Positions 8,615 through 18,037 of a stretch of DNA of 64,000 bases are shown here, one piece after another (the first letter of the stretch is position 1; each line of letters starts with the position of its first letter). A program made the translations under genes and the position numbers. A model generated the notes under the pieces. The model ran no database searches. It was not told the origin of the DNA and saw only the letters and a list, made by a program, of their open reading frames with translations. Origin of the DNA: Candidatus Aegiribacteria sp. GTDB lineage: Bacteria > Fermentibacterota > Fermentibacteria > Fermentibacterales > JCC-6. The DNA lies in the NCBI GenBank assembly GCA_013138965.1, contig WTBT01000050.1, forward strand, positions 4,658 to 68,657, read 5' to 3'.

Positions 8615-9264
8615 GACCCTCCATCCAGGGCGCTGGCGCACCGGGAGAGGAAGTTCCGAGCTTTTGCTGAACGGTAGATGAGAGAGATCTCTCTGAGATC
8701 GTCTGTATTGATTTCGCTGAGATTCGATACATCCGTGCGTAGAGCCGCACAGAGTCCAAGAATCCCCTCCCACTTGAGTCTGCGGTCATATACTAAATCA
8801 CCGATTGCTCTCTCGGGAGATGCAACCAGGGCATACCCGTTCGGAAGGGTTTCCCTCAATACACACTTGTAGAAATCACTATCGGCAACAGGGATGCGTG
8901 TATATTCAAAACTACCCAGCGCATTCCTGAATGTTCTTTCTCTTCCGCGGACAATACAGCTTTGAACGAGCATAGGCTCTTCCTGCAGCCATCCAAAGTA
9001 GGCAAGGGCTGATTCCATAGTAACGTAGCTTTCAGGGGCAAGCCTGTTCGCGATACTCAAACTGCTGATCTCCATTCGTGATAAAGCCGGACTGAGTAAA
9101 TACATTCCGCGCTTCAGGTGAATGAACTCATCACTCTGCAGTGCCCTGTTCACCAGCCCCCACCGACGGGCGTGACTTCCCCCCGCCAGACGAGTGATAA
9201 TTGAAGGGGTGATGATCATTCCGGCGTACTCTGTGTTCAGCACCAGTTCTGTCAGCGTCTCCAT
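8611..9264 (-). CDS. abiEi: AbiEi-family antitoxin / transcriptional regulator (N-terminal wHTH)
   Basis: Sits immediately upstream of AbiEii with a 4-nt overlap. The N-terminal segment GMIITPSIITRLAGGSHARRWGLVNRALQSDEFIHLKRGMYLL resembles the AbiEi_4 wHTH. Confidence 0.6.
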   Translation of the reverse strand: METLTELVLNTEYAGMIITPSIITRLAGGSHARRWGLVNRALQSDEFIHLKRGMYLLSPALSRMEISSLSIANRLAPESYVTMESALAYFGWLQEEPMLVQSCIVRGRERTFRNALGSFEYTRIPVADSDFYKCVLRETLPNGYALVASPERAIGDLVYDRRLKWEGILGLCAALRTDVSNLSEINTDDLREISLIYRSAKARNFLSRCASALDGGS

Positions 9265-9328
9265 ATTCCTTCCTCACGTACATTTGTAGAAGTAATATAA
9301 CAATACTCACCTTAATAGCAAAGTATAT

Positions 9329-9361
9329 GTACAATACTTCCAAATTCTGGAAGTATCTTAC
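9329..9361. promoter_or_regulatory. Imperfect palindrome upstream of abiEi, putative AbiEi operator
   Basis: gtacaatacttcc-aaattct-ggaagtatcttac (11/13 complementary arms, perfect core acttcca..tggaagt), 65-97 nt upstream of the abiEi start codon. Confidence 0.35.
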
Positions 9362-9438
9362 AATGACCTGATGTGATGTGGTTTTCTGTCAGAGCCTTCT
9401 ATCCAGCTTTTCAGTTCTTCAATAGCCTTTCTGTACAT
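9358..9438 (-). pseudogene. 26-codon N-terminal stub of a DUF4143-type AAA ATPase gene
   Basis: GGAGG RBS (9441-9448 on plus) then ATG 9438. The peptide MYRKAIEELKSWIEGSDRKPHHIRSL* resembles the N-terminus MKRMLEKQLLEWKESKRRKPLILRGARQVGKT of the gene at 50675. Similarity stops just before the expected Walker A, where the AbiE promoter region begins. Confidence 0.3.
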
Positions 9439-9957
9439 TACTGCCTCCTTGCGATTCACACTTCCGCGCGGTAAAGAGAGCATGTTCTTCAGCTGTTACC
9501 TGCAGGTTGCCTACCTGCTGGCCTCCCCCGAGACTATAGAGAGAGAGTTCTCAGCACTTGATGTCAAGCGACAATATGTTCTTCCTGTAGCGGAACTGGT
9601 GTTGCTCAGCCCGGTGAAATTTGCCACTGAATCCGTTCCATGGCAAGATGATGTTCCTGAAATAGGTTGGGTGATAATGACTTCAAGGGGAACGTGCATC
9701 CGTATACCAAGTCTCCAGTGCATATTTGCCGGCAAGGATGTTTGACTACTGGTGGTTTCGACAGTATGGTCAGTTTCAGGAAGAAATCAGAGGTTTATAG
9801 GGATGAATGGGCTGCTTTGTAAGCAGCTTATGGGATTGCGGAAAATCATCATTGCTTTACTTCAGATATTATTTTATATTTATATGTTTGCGAATCATCC
9901 CGGTTTACCATAAAGAAAGCATTTTCCACATGAAAAGCTTAACAAAGGAGGGTTCTT

Positions 9958-10575
9958 TTGAAAAATCTTGCTTACCTTCTGTCCGTTCTTCTGCTTGGAG
10001 TCTCCGTGGCTACGGCTGGTATAACCTTCTATACGAATCAGACTTCCTTCGAAACCCTCTATCCCGGTCTGACGAAAGAGGACTACTCGAACACCAATCT
10101 GCCAGCTAGCTCTATTTCAGGAGCCCCTGGTCCTTTCAACAGCCTCACCGATAATTCATGTTTCTCCCCCGGTGATATTGTTGATGGTATATCTCTTGAT
10201 AACCTTGAAGGCAACGATAATGTGGTATTGACTCCTTCTTATCTCGGATTGACCAGTGTGGCAGTGGGTCCTGCAGCATTATCCAATAATGCCGAGTACT
10301 CGTTCACAGTTGCCGTAAATGCCTTCGGAATTGATGTAGTAATGCCCTATGGAGGCTCTGTTGATATCGAAGTGTTCGGAGCCGGCGGTTCTCTTGGCAC
10401 TTCGACCTCGACCGGTTCGCTTGCCGGTGATTTCTGGGGAGTTTACTCCGATGTGGACATCACAAAGATCGAATTCAAATCTGGCACTGATGGAGATCTT
10501 TTCTCAAATGCCCAGTTCGGAGCAACTACAGCACTTGATAACTCAACCTGGGGTTCTATAAAGACGTCATTCTAG
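9958..10575 (+). CDS. Secreted hypothetical protein
   Basis: AGGAGG RBS 6 nt before TTG 9958. Signal-peptide-like N-terminus KNLAYLLSVLLLGVSVATAG. Gly/Ser/Thr-rich. C-terminal STWGSIKTSF. No family recognised. Confidence 0.55.
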   Translation: MKNLAYLLSVLLLGVSVATAGITFYTNQTSFETLYPGLTKEDYSNTNLPASSISGAPGPFNSLTDNSCFSPGDIVDGISLDNLEGNDNVVLTPSYLGLTSVAVGPAALSNNAEYSFTVAVNAFGIDVVMPYGGSVDIEVFGAGGSLGTSTSTGSLAGDFWGVYSDVDITKIEFKSGTDGDLFSNAQFGATTALDNSTWGSIKTSF

Positions 10576-10584
10576 CGCAGAAAG

Positions 10585-10608
10585 GGACCGGGCTTTCACG
10601 CCCGGTCC
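10585..10608. terminator. GC-rich hairpin between convergent genes, possible bidirectional terminator
   Basis: ggaccgggc-tttcac-gcccggtcc is a perfect 9-bp stem. Weak T-rich tails (ctttct on the minus strand, atattttt further on the plus strand). Confidence 0.45.
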
Positions 10609-10672
10609 AGACAGAAGGATATTTTTCATAACCTACGTGTTCGCCCGAATCCGCTTCTCAGTTCTTCAGGTT

Positions 10673-11137
10673 TCAGTGTGGTGAATACCTTCCGATAAGC
10701 CTGGCTTCTTCCAGGATATAACCCTTCATAGCATCCTCGACATCATGATACGAAGCTCCGCCGGGTAGATCAAGCTTAGAACTCAAGGCGTAGAGATCGA
10801 AGTGCAGCTCCTGATCCGAGATATCGTCGGCAGGGCCGTCCCAGCCGACTCCTCCGAAGCTGTTAATTCCCTGCAGAGTACCGTCATGCGAAACGTTTTC
10901 GTGTGGTTGGTTCCCGAAGATCGTATCAGCTTTGGGCGGTATGTTGTACATTACCCAGTGGCAGTATACCTTACCGGTATCAGAATCGGTGCAGGTAACT
11001 ATAAGGGTCAGGCTGACGGTTCTCTTTGGAGGTTCCGTCCAGCCTATCGGAGGAGATGAATCGCCTTTAGATCTGGAATACCAGGGGGGAATAAAACCGT
11101 TATCCTTGAAAGCACTGCTTACAATTCTAAAACCCAT
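10673..11137 (-). CDS. YbhB/YbcL-family PEBP (Raf kinase inhibitor-like) protein
   Basis: SSPPIGWTEPPKRTVSLTLIVTCTDSD...CHWVMYNIPP and HFDLYALSSKLDLPGGASYHDVEDAMKGYILEEARLIGRY match the bacterial PEBP pattern. Confidence 0.75.
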   Translation of the reverse strand: MGFRIVSSAFKDNGFIPPWYSRSKGDSSPPIGWTEPPKRTVSLTLIVTCTDSDTGKVYCHWVMYNIPPKADTIFGNQPHENVSHDGTLQGINSFGGVGWDGPADDISDQELHFDLYALSSKLDLPGGASYHDVEDAMKGYILEEARLIGRYSPH

Positions 11138-11236
11138 TATCGCCTCCCTTTAAGGAATGTAAAAACCCTTTATAATTATATGGCTCCTCAAGTATGACGC
11201 AAGGGCATGCAAAACCGCGTTTCTGTCAGCCAGGAA

Positions 11237-12121
11237 TTAACCCGGTTCAAGCCTCACCATGACATCAACAACGCCGGGCCCGAGCATATAAAGGTCCCGC
11301 TCAACCTTCTTGAGTATGGAGAATGCCTCCGCAATGGGCATGTGACCGTCAACCACAATATGCATGTCAGTCTGGACACCATCTCCCTGGTATCTTGTCC
11401 TGAGATTGTGAACATCCTTCACGCCGTCCACCGATAAGGCAATTCTTCTCAGTTCTTCTATTATCTCAGGAGGGGCAGCCGTGTCCGACAGCTGCCACAG
11501 AACAGGCCGGATGATATCGATTCCCAGCTTGAAAATGAACATGGATACAATCACTCCGCCAATGCCGTCCAGCACTATAAGCGAATGTTCAATCCTTGCC
11601 GCGAGCACTACTATTGCTACCGGGATCGAGCTGAGAGCATCGGACCGCTGATGCATCGCGTTGGCGGCTAGAGCGGGGGATTTAAGCTCTCTGCTTGTTT
11701 TTAAGGTCCATCTGGAGAGAATTACCTTGGCAAGAATGGCAGCCACTGCCACAGCAAAGGCGAGCCATCCTGGTGGAATCTCAGCCGGGTTCATTATAGC
11801 GTCGAAGGACTTCCAGGCTATGTAAATGCTCGTAAGTACTACAAAGAAACCGATGAACCCAGAGATAAGGGTCTCAATTCTGGAATGGCCGTGTGGATGA
11901 TTCGCATCGGATGGTTTTGTCCAGAACTTCGCTCCGATCAGTATTGCTACATCTGTAACACAGTCAGACAGGCTGTGCACACCATCCGCAACCAGGGCAT
12001 TACTCTTACTTAGAATCCCTCCCGCAAGCTTGAAGCTGGACAGCAGTACGTTAAGTATAAATCCCGCCAGTGTAATCCTTCTGGTTCTCCTGAGAGCTCG
12101 CTTCTCCCCTGATCCATTCAT
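11237..12121 (-). CDS. Cation diffusion facilitator (CDF) family metal efflux transporter
   Basis: SNALVADGVHSLSDCVTDV...HPHGHSRIETL, about six hydrophobic helices, and a C-terminal cytoplasmic domain. Confidence 0.8.
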   Translation of the reverse strand: MNGSGEKRALRRTRRITLAGFILNVLLSSFKLAGGILSKSNALVADGVHSLSDCVTDVAILIGAKFWTKPSDANHPHGHSRIETLISGFIGFFVVLTSIYIAWKSFDAIMNPAEIPPGWLAFAVAVAAILAKVILSRWTLKTSRELKSPALAANAMHQRSDALSSIPVAIVVLAARIEHSLIVLDGIGGVIVSMFIFKLGIDIIRPVLWQLSDTAAPPEIIEELRRIALSVDGVKDVHNLRTRYQGDGVQTDMHIVVDGHMPIAEAFSILKKVERDLYMLGPGVVDVMVRLEPG

Positions 12122-13449
12122 ACGGTGCTTACGCTCCTTACATAAGCGGTGTAGAAGCTGACGGCGTTGAGATAATCCTCGACTGTAATGGATTCTCCTT
12201 CGGAATGAAGTGCTCCGAGGCCGTCTTTTCCGAGGTGAACAGGCTCGAACCTGTACACGTTATCAGCTATTCTGCAGTAGTGTCTTGAATCGGTGGCTGC
12301 CGGGAAAATGCCGGGCACAACCGGGATATCCGGCCAGATTTTCCGTACCGCTGCCTGTATGGCTCCGTATTCATCCGTATCCATCGAAGCTACACTCGAG
12401 GGTTCGTGAATCTGATCAGTATCCTCATACTGTACATCTACTCCAAGTGGTTCCGCTATGCTCCGAACGTGGTTCAGAATGTCCAGGGAACTATCACCCG
12501 GAACAGCCCTGAAATTCACAAGGGCATGGGGGAAAGCGGGGATGATGTTCTCTTTGCTGCTGCCACGGATCATGGTTATGGCCGTTGTAGTCCTTACAAG
12601 AGCGTTTCCCGAAGCCCATTTCTCAATGATACGCATCATCTCTCCGGGAGTCGCTGAACGATCAGTGACGACCACGGATTCCCCGAGCATGCCTGATGTC
12701 GCCTGAAACATCATCTCCACAGGATTGCAGAGCTTCGCTGTGAACTGGTTCTTTTCAAGTTCAGCCAGACACCTGCAAAGGCTGCCGGCAGCAGTATTAA
12801 GTTCAGGAACAGAAGCGTGTCCCTGAACTCCATGAGCTGTCAGTCTTAGCGTGAGGTATCCCTTCTCCGCAAGGCCGATAACAGCTATATCCCTATCCAT
12901 CCAGGGGTAACTGTAGATGTATCCGCCTTCGTCCAGCACAGAACTCAGGGATACACCTCTATCCGTAAGAATTCTGACTATTTCAGCAGCGCCGGTGTTC
13001 CCGCCCACTTCCTCATCATGCCCGAAGGCAAGAATTACTGTCCGGTCCGGTGTGAATCCTCTTTCAAGGATATCCTCGCAGGCCTGAAGCATGCCGGAGA
13101 CACCAGCCTTGTAATCGATGGCTCCCCTTCCCCATATCCTTCCATCCCTGAACTTGCCGGAGAAAGGAGGCTCAGGCCAATTTTCACCATCATCAGCGGG
13201 AACCACATCCAGGTGGGCTGTAAGCATGAAGGGTTTCAGCGATCGATCTGCGCCCTGAAGCGTAAATAGAAGGCTTCCCCCCCCAACGGTTTCTCTTCTG
13301 AAATGTTTGTGTACTCGCGGGAAAGCCTTTTTCAGGTATTCAGCAGTTTCCCTGAAGGGCTTCATATCAAAGACTTCTCCAGGCTGACGGGATACTGTCC
13401 TGTATCGCAGAATTTCAGAGAATATTTCAAGTTTCTGACTATCGGTCAT
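12118..13449 (-). CDS. M20/M25/M40 family metallopeptidase
   Basis: AHLDVVPA, GRGAIDYKAG and GHDEEVGG metal-binding motifs. Confidence 0.75.
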   Translation of the reverse strand: MTDSQKLEIFSEILRYRTVSRQPGEVFDMKPFRETAEYLKKAFPRVHKHFRRETVGGGSLLFTLQGADRSLKPFMLTAHLDVVPADDGENWPEPPFSGKFRDGRIWGRGAIDYKAGVSGMLQACEDILERGFTPDRTVILAFGHDEEVGGNTGAAEIVRILTDRGVSLSSVLDEGGYIYSYPWMDRDIAVIGLAEKGYLTLRLTAHGVQGHASVPELNTAAGSLCRCLAELEKNQFTAKLCNPVEMMFQATSGMLGESVVVTDRSATPGEMMRIIEKWASGNALVRTTTAITMIRGSSKENIIPAFPHALVNFRAVPGDSSLDILNHVRSIAEPLGVDVQYEDTDQIHEPSSVASMDTDEYGAIQAAVRKIWPDIPVVPGIFPAATDSRHYCRIADNVYRFEPVHLGKDGLGALHSEGESITVEDYLNAVSFYTAYVRSVSTV

Positions 13450-13544
13450 TCAGAAACCTTTCCGGGAATCCCCTGTATACAGATCCAGAATGTCCTGTTC
13501 ATCCGTAAAGCCTGTGCTGATTCGGTGAACTGAAGAAAACAGGA

Positions 13545-14498
13545 TCAGTTGGTAAGCGTAAAGACGCTTAAGGAGAACCCTTCGTAACCGAGACTGTCGA
13601 TGGCCATGGGAGCAATTCTTCTCATGATATCAACAGCATCACCAAGGTTGTACGCGTCATAATCGAACAGTGTAGCAACCTGGATACTGCGTTCTTCATA
13701 ATCCTTCCTCTCCAGCCTTCGGGATACTGTAAGGATGAGGTCGTTCAACTGGTTGTCGGAGAGCTCAGGTGTGGTAACAGCCACGTCGTACTGTATACTG
13801 AATTCCTCTATACTGCCTCTCATCATCTCAGGAGTGAAGTAAAGCTTTACGAGAACGGGGGGGGCGGATATGGTGTCCACACTTGATTCTTCAACCCTGA
13901 TAAGTGGCGTTGAGATGAATTCGGTCTTGGTGGTGTCGGTCCAGACACAGAGCCTGTCGATCTTCAAAGGTTTGAATTCACGCTGACTGATTTTTTGAAC
14001 AACAAATGTAGCCGCAGGCCTCAGAGGAACGGTCCAGCTTCCAAGAAATGACACTGTGGAGCCTTCGGGTATGAGTGTCATGTTGACGTTTGCTCTTGGC
14101 AGGGCTCTTGAGGCGCTGTCGTTCAAAACGTAGACAATATCCGAGGCAATGAGAGTCGCGATCGGATCTACATAGGTTTCCTCAACAATTTCCTCAAAAC
14201 GCTTCCTTTCCGGAAGCTCCGGCGTGAGCTCGGATCTTTCAAATACATTTGTGATGACAAATGCTCCAACCATCCCGACAATGGCTATAAGAATACCTAT
14301 TGTCGTACTGTGTCCTTTTGATGGAGGGATTTTGAATTCAGTTCTTTCCTGGAAATGCACGGGCTTTTCAAGTTTGCTCTGAAGGGCGCTGCGCTTTGTT
14401 TTCAGGGAATCGTTCTGAGTTGAAAGCTCATAGCCACAATTATCACACTTACCTTTATCCCGTCCATTGTTATCGTGTCCGCAACATCTACAGATCAT
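13545..14498 (-). CDS. Zinc-ribbon plus single-TM hypothetical protein
   Basis: N-terminal CRCCGH...CDNCGYEL zinc ribbon, one hydrophobic helix (TTIGILIAIVGMVGAFVITNVF), and a C-terminal domain of unknown function. Confidence 0.5.
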   Translation of the reverse strand: MICRCCGHDNNGRDKGKCDNCGYELSTQNDSLKTKRSALQSKLEKPVHFQERTEFKIPPSKGHSTTIGILIAIVGMVGAFVITNVFERSELTPELPERKRFEEIVEETYVDPIATLIASDIVYVLNDSASRALPRANVNMTLIPEGSTVSFLGSWTVPLRPAATFVVQKISQREFKPLKIDRLCVWTDTTKTEFISTPLIRVEESSVDTISAPPVLVKLYFTPEMMRGSIEEFSIQYDVAVTTPELSDNQLNDLILTVSRRLERKDYEERSIQVATLFDYDAYNLGDAVDIMRRIAPMAIDSLGYEGFSLSVFTLTN

Positions 14499-14718
14499 TG
14501 ATACACCTCCAGAAACACATCATATAGGTATTGAAGCCTGTTATCTCATCCTCAATCTAGTACCCTGTCAAGGAATAACTGCCGCATTCTGCTTGCTCTC
14601 CAGAGCCCCTGCGGCGTTACGGATTCAGTTACATAGCGTTGCTATGCGCCCTCATCCGCGCCTTGCAGGAACTCAGAATATCGGCGCATTATACCGACAC
14701 ATATTTCATGACAGGGTA

Positions 14719-16422
14719 CTAGGGCTGATCTATCGATAATGAATCAGCGTAAATGAACCTGTCGACAAATCCCCTGTCAATCTCAATATGATATACAGAA
14801 CCGAGGCTGTCTACAAGTCCTGATATCACTTCTTCCTCCTTCATTGCCCGAAAGATTGTCAGTACTTGGTCCTGCGATTCATCAAAAGTCGCCTGGCGTT
14901 CCGGGCTGATCTCCGTTAACTCGAATAGCAGTACTCGATCAACTGCAATGGAACAGGTGAAAGCCGTATGCATCTCAGCGCTGAAAAGCATTTCATCCCA
15001 TGGAGGCGGGACTTCTGATGCGGTCATGGGTCTGGTTATTATGGACTCCCCGGGAGCAAGGATGCTCGATACGATTGTCAGTTCCTCAATCATTGAAAAA
15101 GGATCGCCACCGGACTCCAAAACCTGCTCAAGCAGATCCAGCTGCTCTTCCCCAACAGCGCAAATCGTATTGAATACTCTGCCTTCGGGGATAATAAACG
15201 AATCCTGCTCGGCTTCGTAGAACTCAAGCAGTTTCTCTTCGGTGGGAATCAACCTCGATTCAATGACCTCCGCATAATAGAAATCAAGCACGTAGTTACC
15301 AAAACGCTGATCCATATATGAAACGACAGCAGGCAGTGTATCCATACCGAGTTTCTTCGCTTCCATCGCCATGATATCGTAAAGACCCAGAAGGCGGCTG
15401 TACTCCTCAATCCATTCGGGATCATCGGGCGCATTGGAACTCATTTGAGGAAGGTAACGGATATTTTCGACGAAAGAATTGAGTGTTCTTTCGCCGCCGG
15501 TGAACGTATATGCCGCCATATTCTCCTGCTCGGATGTAAAAGGCTCATAATTCTGGCTGTTCTCGAGGAAATGACTGGATATCAGTTCAGGCATCCCATC
15601 TATTATCTGAAGGTTGTTGACCGTTCTCAGGCTGTCAAAGAGTTCCACCTTGTACGCCATCTTCAGCCCCCCGAGTATCCTGCGCGCTATTACGTCTCTG
15701 ATTTCTTCGAAGGAAAGTACGGTGTCCTGATAAGTACTGTCAATTCTGAGAAATCTCCAGCCGAAACCGGATGAATCCATTGAGGATAACTCACCCGTCT
15801 CAAGACCCCGAAGAAGCATGTAATCCCCTGACATTGCCTGCATCATATCTAACGGCCCCAGAACTCCTCGGTTGATTGCCTCACGGGGGATAATAGAATA
15901 CTCCTCAGCAAGATCCCCCATGTCATCACCATTGATGACAAGCTGCCTCAGGCTATCGCAGCGGGCTCTGTCTCCTACGGTGATCGCAGTGTATATCAGC
16001 ATTGTTCCCATCTGTGAATAGTATTCCTCAACGGTATCCGGGGGCAGTTTCACCTTCTGGTCAAGGATCAAGGTCAACCAGTCATTCTGAAGCTTTTCTC
16101 TCTCCCACTCGTTAAAGAGAAATTCCATTTCACGGGTGGAATCAAATCCTCTTTCGTGTGCATCCTGCAGTATCAGCATTCTGTTTATGAGCGATTCAAG
16201 TTTCAGGTTAACCATCATGGAATCACCATGCAGGAGTTCAAGAGAAGGCGCAAGCCTGGCACCGAGAAAACTCCTGTCGCCTACTGTAAGCACAACGCTG
16301 TCATTGTACTCCGCCGCCAGGCCAGCCGCATCATTAACTTCTGCAGCGGTATTGCTTCCCGGTTGCGCACCACAACCGGCGAGAATAATTAATGAAGTAA
16401 ACACTGCGATCTGACGAAACAT
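14719..16422 (-). CDS. SurA/PrsA-like lipoprotein with a parvulin-type PPIase domain
   Basis: Lipobox LIILAGC. GVLGPLDMMQAMSGDYMLLRGLETGELSSMDSSGFGWRFLRI resembles a parvulin domain. Confidence 0.55.
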   Translation of the reverse strand: MFRQIAVFTSLIILAGCGAQPGSNTAAEVNDAAGLAAEYNDSVVLTVGDRSFLGARLAPSLELLHGDSMMVNLKLESLINRMLILQDAHERGFDSTREMEFLFNEWEREKLQNDWLTLILDQKVKLPPDTVEEYYSQMGTMLIYTAITVGDRARCDSLRQLVINGDDMGDLAEEYSIIPREAINRGVLGPLDMMQAMSGDYMLLRGLETGELSSMDSSGFGWRFLRIDSTYQDTVLSFEEIRDVIARRILGGLKMAYKVELFDSLRTVNNLQIIDGMPELISSHFLENSQNYEPFTSEQENMAAYTFTGGERTLNSFVENIRYLPQMSSNAPDDPEWIEEYSRLLGLYDIMAMEAKKLGMDTLPAVVSYMDQRFGNYVLDFYYAEVIESRLIPTEEKLLEFYEAEQDSFIIPEGRVFNTICAVGEEQLDLLEQVLESGGDPFSMIEELTIVSSILAPGESIITRPMTASEVPPPWDEMLFSAEMHTAFTCSIAVDRVLLFELTEISPERQATFDESQDQVLTIFRAMKEEEVISGLVDSLGSVYHIEIDRGFVDRFIYADSLSIDQP

Positions 16423-16515
16423 AGAAACCTCCGGTTACTCTTGTTTTTTTCGTTTAGTCGGTCAGTTATATTTAATGAATCTAAGCGTAGTTTGTTCAAG
16501 TATCAAGTCGAACGG

Positions 16516-17862
16516 ATGGAGAGCCGCATGAGTCTGCTGGTTCACATATTGATTCTGTCAATATCATTTAGCATGCCTTCAATACCATCATCATGGAAAG
16601 CAGGCATTTATGTTGCCGATGCAGATACGGGAGAAATACTTCACAACCTAAACGGTGATTCCTATTTCAGACCGGCATCAACAGTTAAGCTTCTTACTAC
16701 CCTGGTGGCTTTGAAAGAACTTGGTCCTTCGTACGTATATACAACCAGGGTAATGGCCGATACTGCCGGAGGCAGGCTTTTCATTGCAGGAGCCGGGGCT
16801 CCCCTTCTGAGCGCGGAGCACATCAGGATAGTCGCCCTCGAAACCGCGGCTTCACTTGATCCGGGTTCCTCCTGGGATCTTTTCTGGGACACAGCAAGAT
16901 TCTTCAGCGAATCGCACTGCCCGGGATGGGATACTTCCGACTGGAGCAAAACCTATTGTCCCCCAATTGAGGGCCTTTCGGTGGGAGATAATATCCTGCA
17001 GCTGATAATTTCAACTAAAGGCGATACAATCAGAGTCTTCCACTACCCTCCACTGCCGGGTCTTTCAATTGAGAATAATCTTGTTGTTGGAGGCAGGGAA
17101 TCCATAAGAACCACTGTAGAAGGATGGAGTGAGAACAGACCGATTCTGATACTGGAAGGAAGCATACCTCCAGATACCCACCTTGTTCTTTACAAGCCCT
17201 TTGCAGGGCCTCCGGCTGAATTCGCAGGAATGCTGGCCGTTGAGCTGGAAGTCGCCGGTTTGAACATCGATCATGTACTGCAGGGAGAAGCGCCTGACTC
17301 AGAGTTACTGCTCCAGACATCGGTGATGTTTTCCGATCCGATGTTCGTTCTTCTCGCCTCGATGAACAAGTGGAGCAGGAATATGGTTGCCGAGATGGTT
17401 CTCCGAACAGCAAGCCTTGAAACAGGATCAGACCTCGCTTCAACCGGAGCGGGGTGTGATGTGGCAGGTCAGCTTCTTAGGGACCTTGTTCCCTCGCTCA
17501 CAGAATTTCAGATTGCAGACGGATCGGGTCTTTCCAGGTTCAACAGCCTGACGCCGATTCATCTTGCGGCAGTACTCTCCGAAGGAATCGGTTCAGCGGC
17601 ATGGGGAGTGGAATTTCTCGCCACATTACCTGTTAACGGTGTTGATGGAACTCTGAAATCAAGAATGGCCGATCTGCCGGCAGGAGCATTTCGCGGTAAA
17701 ACAGGCACTTTAAGTGACACATCAACGATTGCGGGGCTGCTCACATCTTCGTCGGGCAGGAGGATAATACTGGTTATTATGCTTGAGGTGCCCAACGGTC
17801 ATACCCGGACTGCAAGGGCACTGCAGGACAACCTGATATCATGGTTCTGGGAGAATTACTGA
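16516..17862 (+). CDS. dacB: D-alanyl-D-alanine carboxypeptidase/endopeptidase, PBP4 family (peptidase S13)
   Basis: SxxK (PASTVKLLT), SxN (KWSRNMVAE) and KTG (GKTGTLS) motifs. The start is taken at ATG 16516 (ATG 16528 is also possible). The track TTG 16441 is unlikely. Confidence 0.8.
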   Translation: MESRMSLLVHILILSISFSMPSIPSSWKAGIYVADADTGEILHNLNGDSYFRPASTVKLLTTLVALKELGPSYVYTTRVMADTAGGRLFIAGAGAPLLSAEHIRIVALETAASLDPGSSWDLFWDTARFFSESHCPGWDTSDWSKTYCPPIEGLSVGDNILQLIISTKGDTIRVFHYPPLPGLSIENNLVVGGRESIRTTVEGWSENRPILILEGSIPPDTHLVLYKPFAGPPAEFAGMLAVELEVAGLNIDHVLQGEAPDSELLLQTSVMFSDPMFVLLASMNKWSRNMVAEMVLRTASLETGSDLASTGAGCDVAGQLLRDLVPSLTEFQIADGSGLSRFNSLTPIHLAAVLSEGIGSAAWGVEFLATLPVNGVDGTLKSRMADLPAGAFRGKTGTLSDTSTIAGLLTSSSGRRIILVIMLEVPNGHTRTARALQDNLISWFWENY

Positions 17863-17911
17863 CCGAAAAGGGATTTGATTCGGAGCCGGAGGGGAGTGAC
17901 AAGGGATTCAA
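17833..17911. repeat. Left copy of a perfect 79-bp direct repeat (putative attL core) covering the dacB 3' end
   Basis: ctgatatcatggttctgggagaattactgaccgaaaagggatttgattcggagccggaggggagtgacaagggattcaa, identical to 23998-24076. Confidence 0.9.
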
Positions 17912-17960
17912 ATAGATGCAGTAGAACAGTGAACTGCGTTACCAAGAAACCTAGTAACAC

Positions 17961-17980
17961 TGTCTACTGATTTGAAGCGT
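17961..17980. repeat. Copy of the short motif family tct(g/a)ctgatttga(a)gc
   Basis: tgtctactgatttgaagcgt, 50 nt inside the left island end. Related copies are at 28117-28143 and 29182-29208. The 12-mer ctgatttgaagc is identical at 17968 and 29196. Confidence 0.7.
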
Positions 17981-18037
17981 TCGCAAGTCAAATAGAAATT
18001 GTTGCCACTTGAATGAGTTAGTACGAAGGGGAACATT

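Noticed and set aside
9449-9745. 98-aa plus-strand ORF (and the antisense 74-aa ORF) between the ATPase stub and the secreted-protein gene
   Set aside because: No RBS, no recognisable motif, and a TTG start. Coding status cannot be supported.
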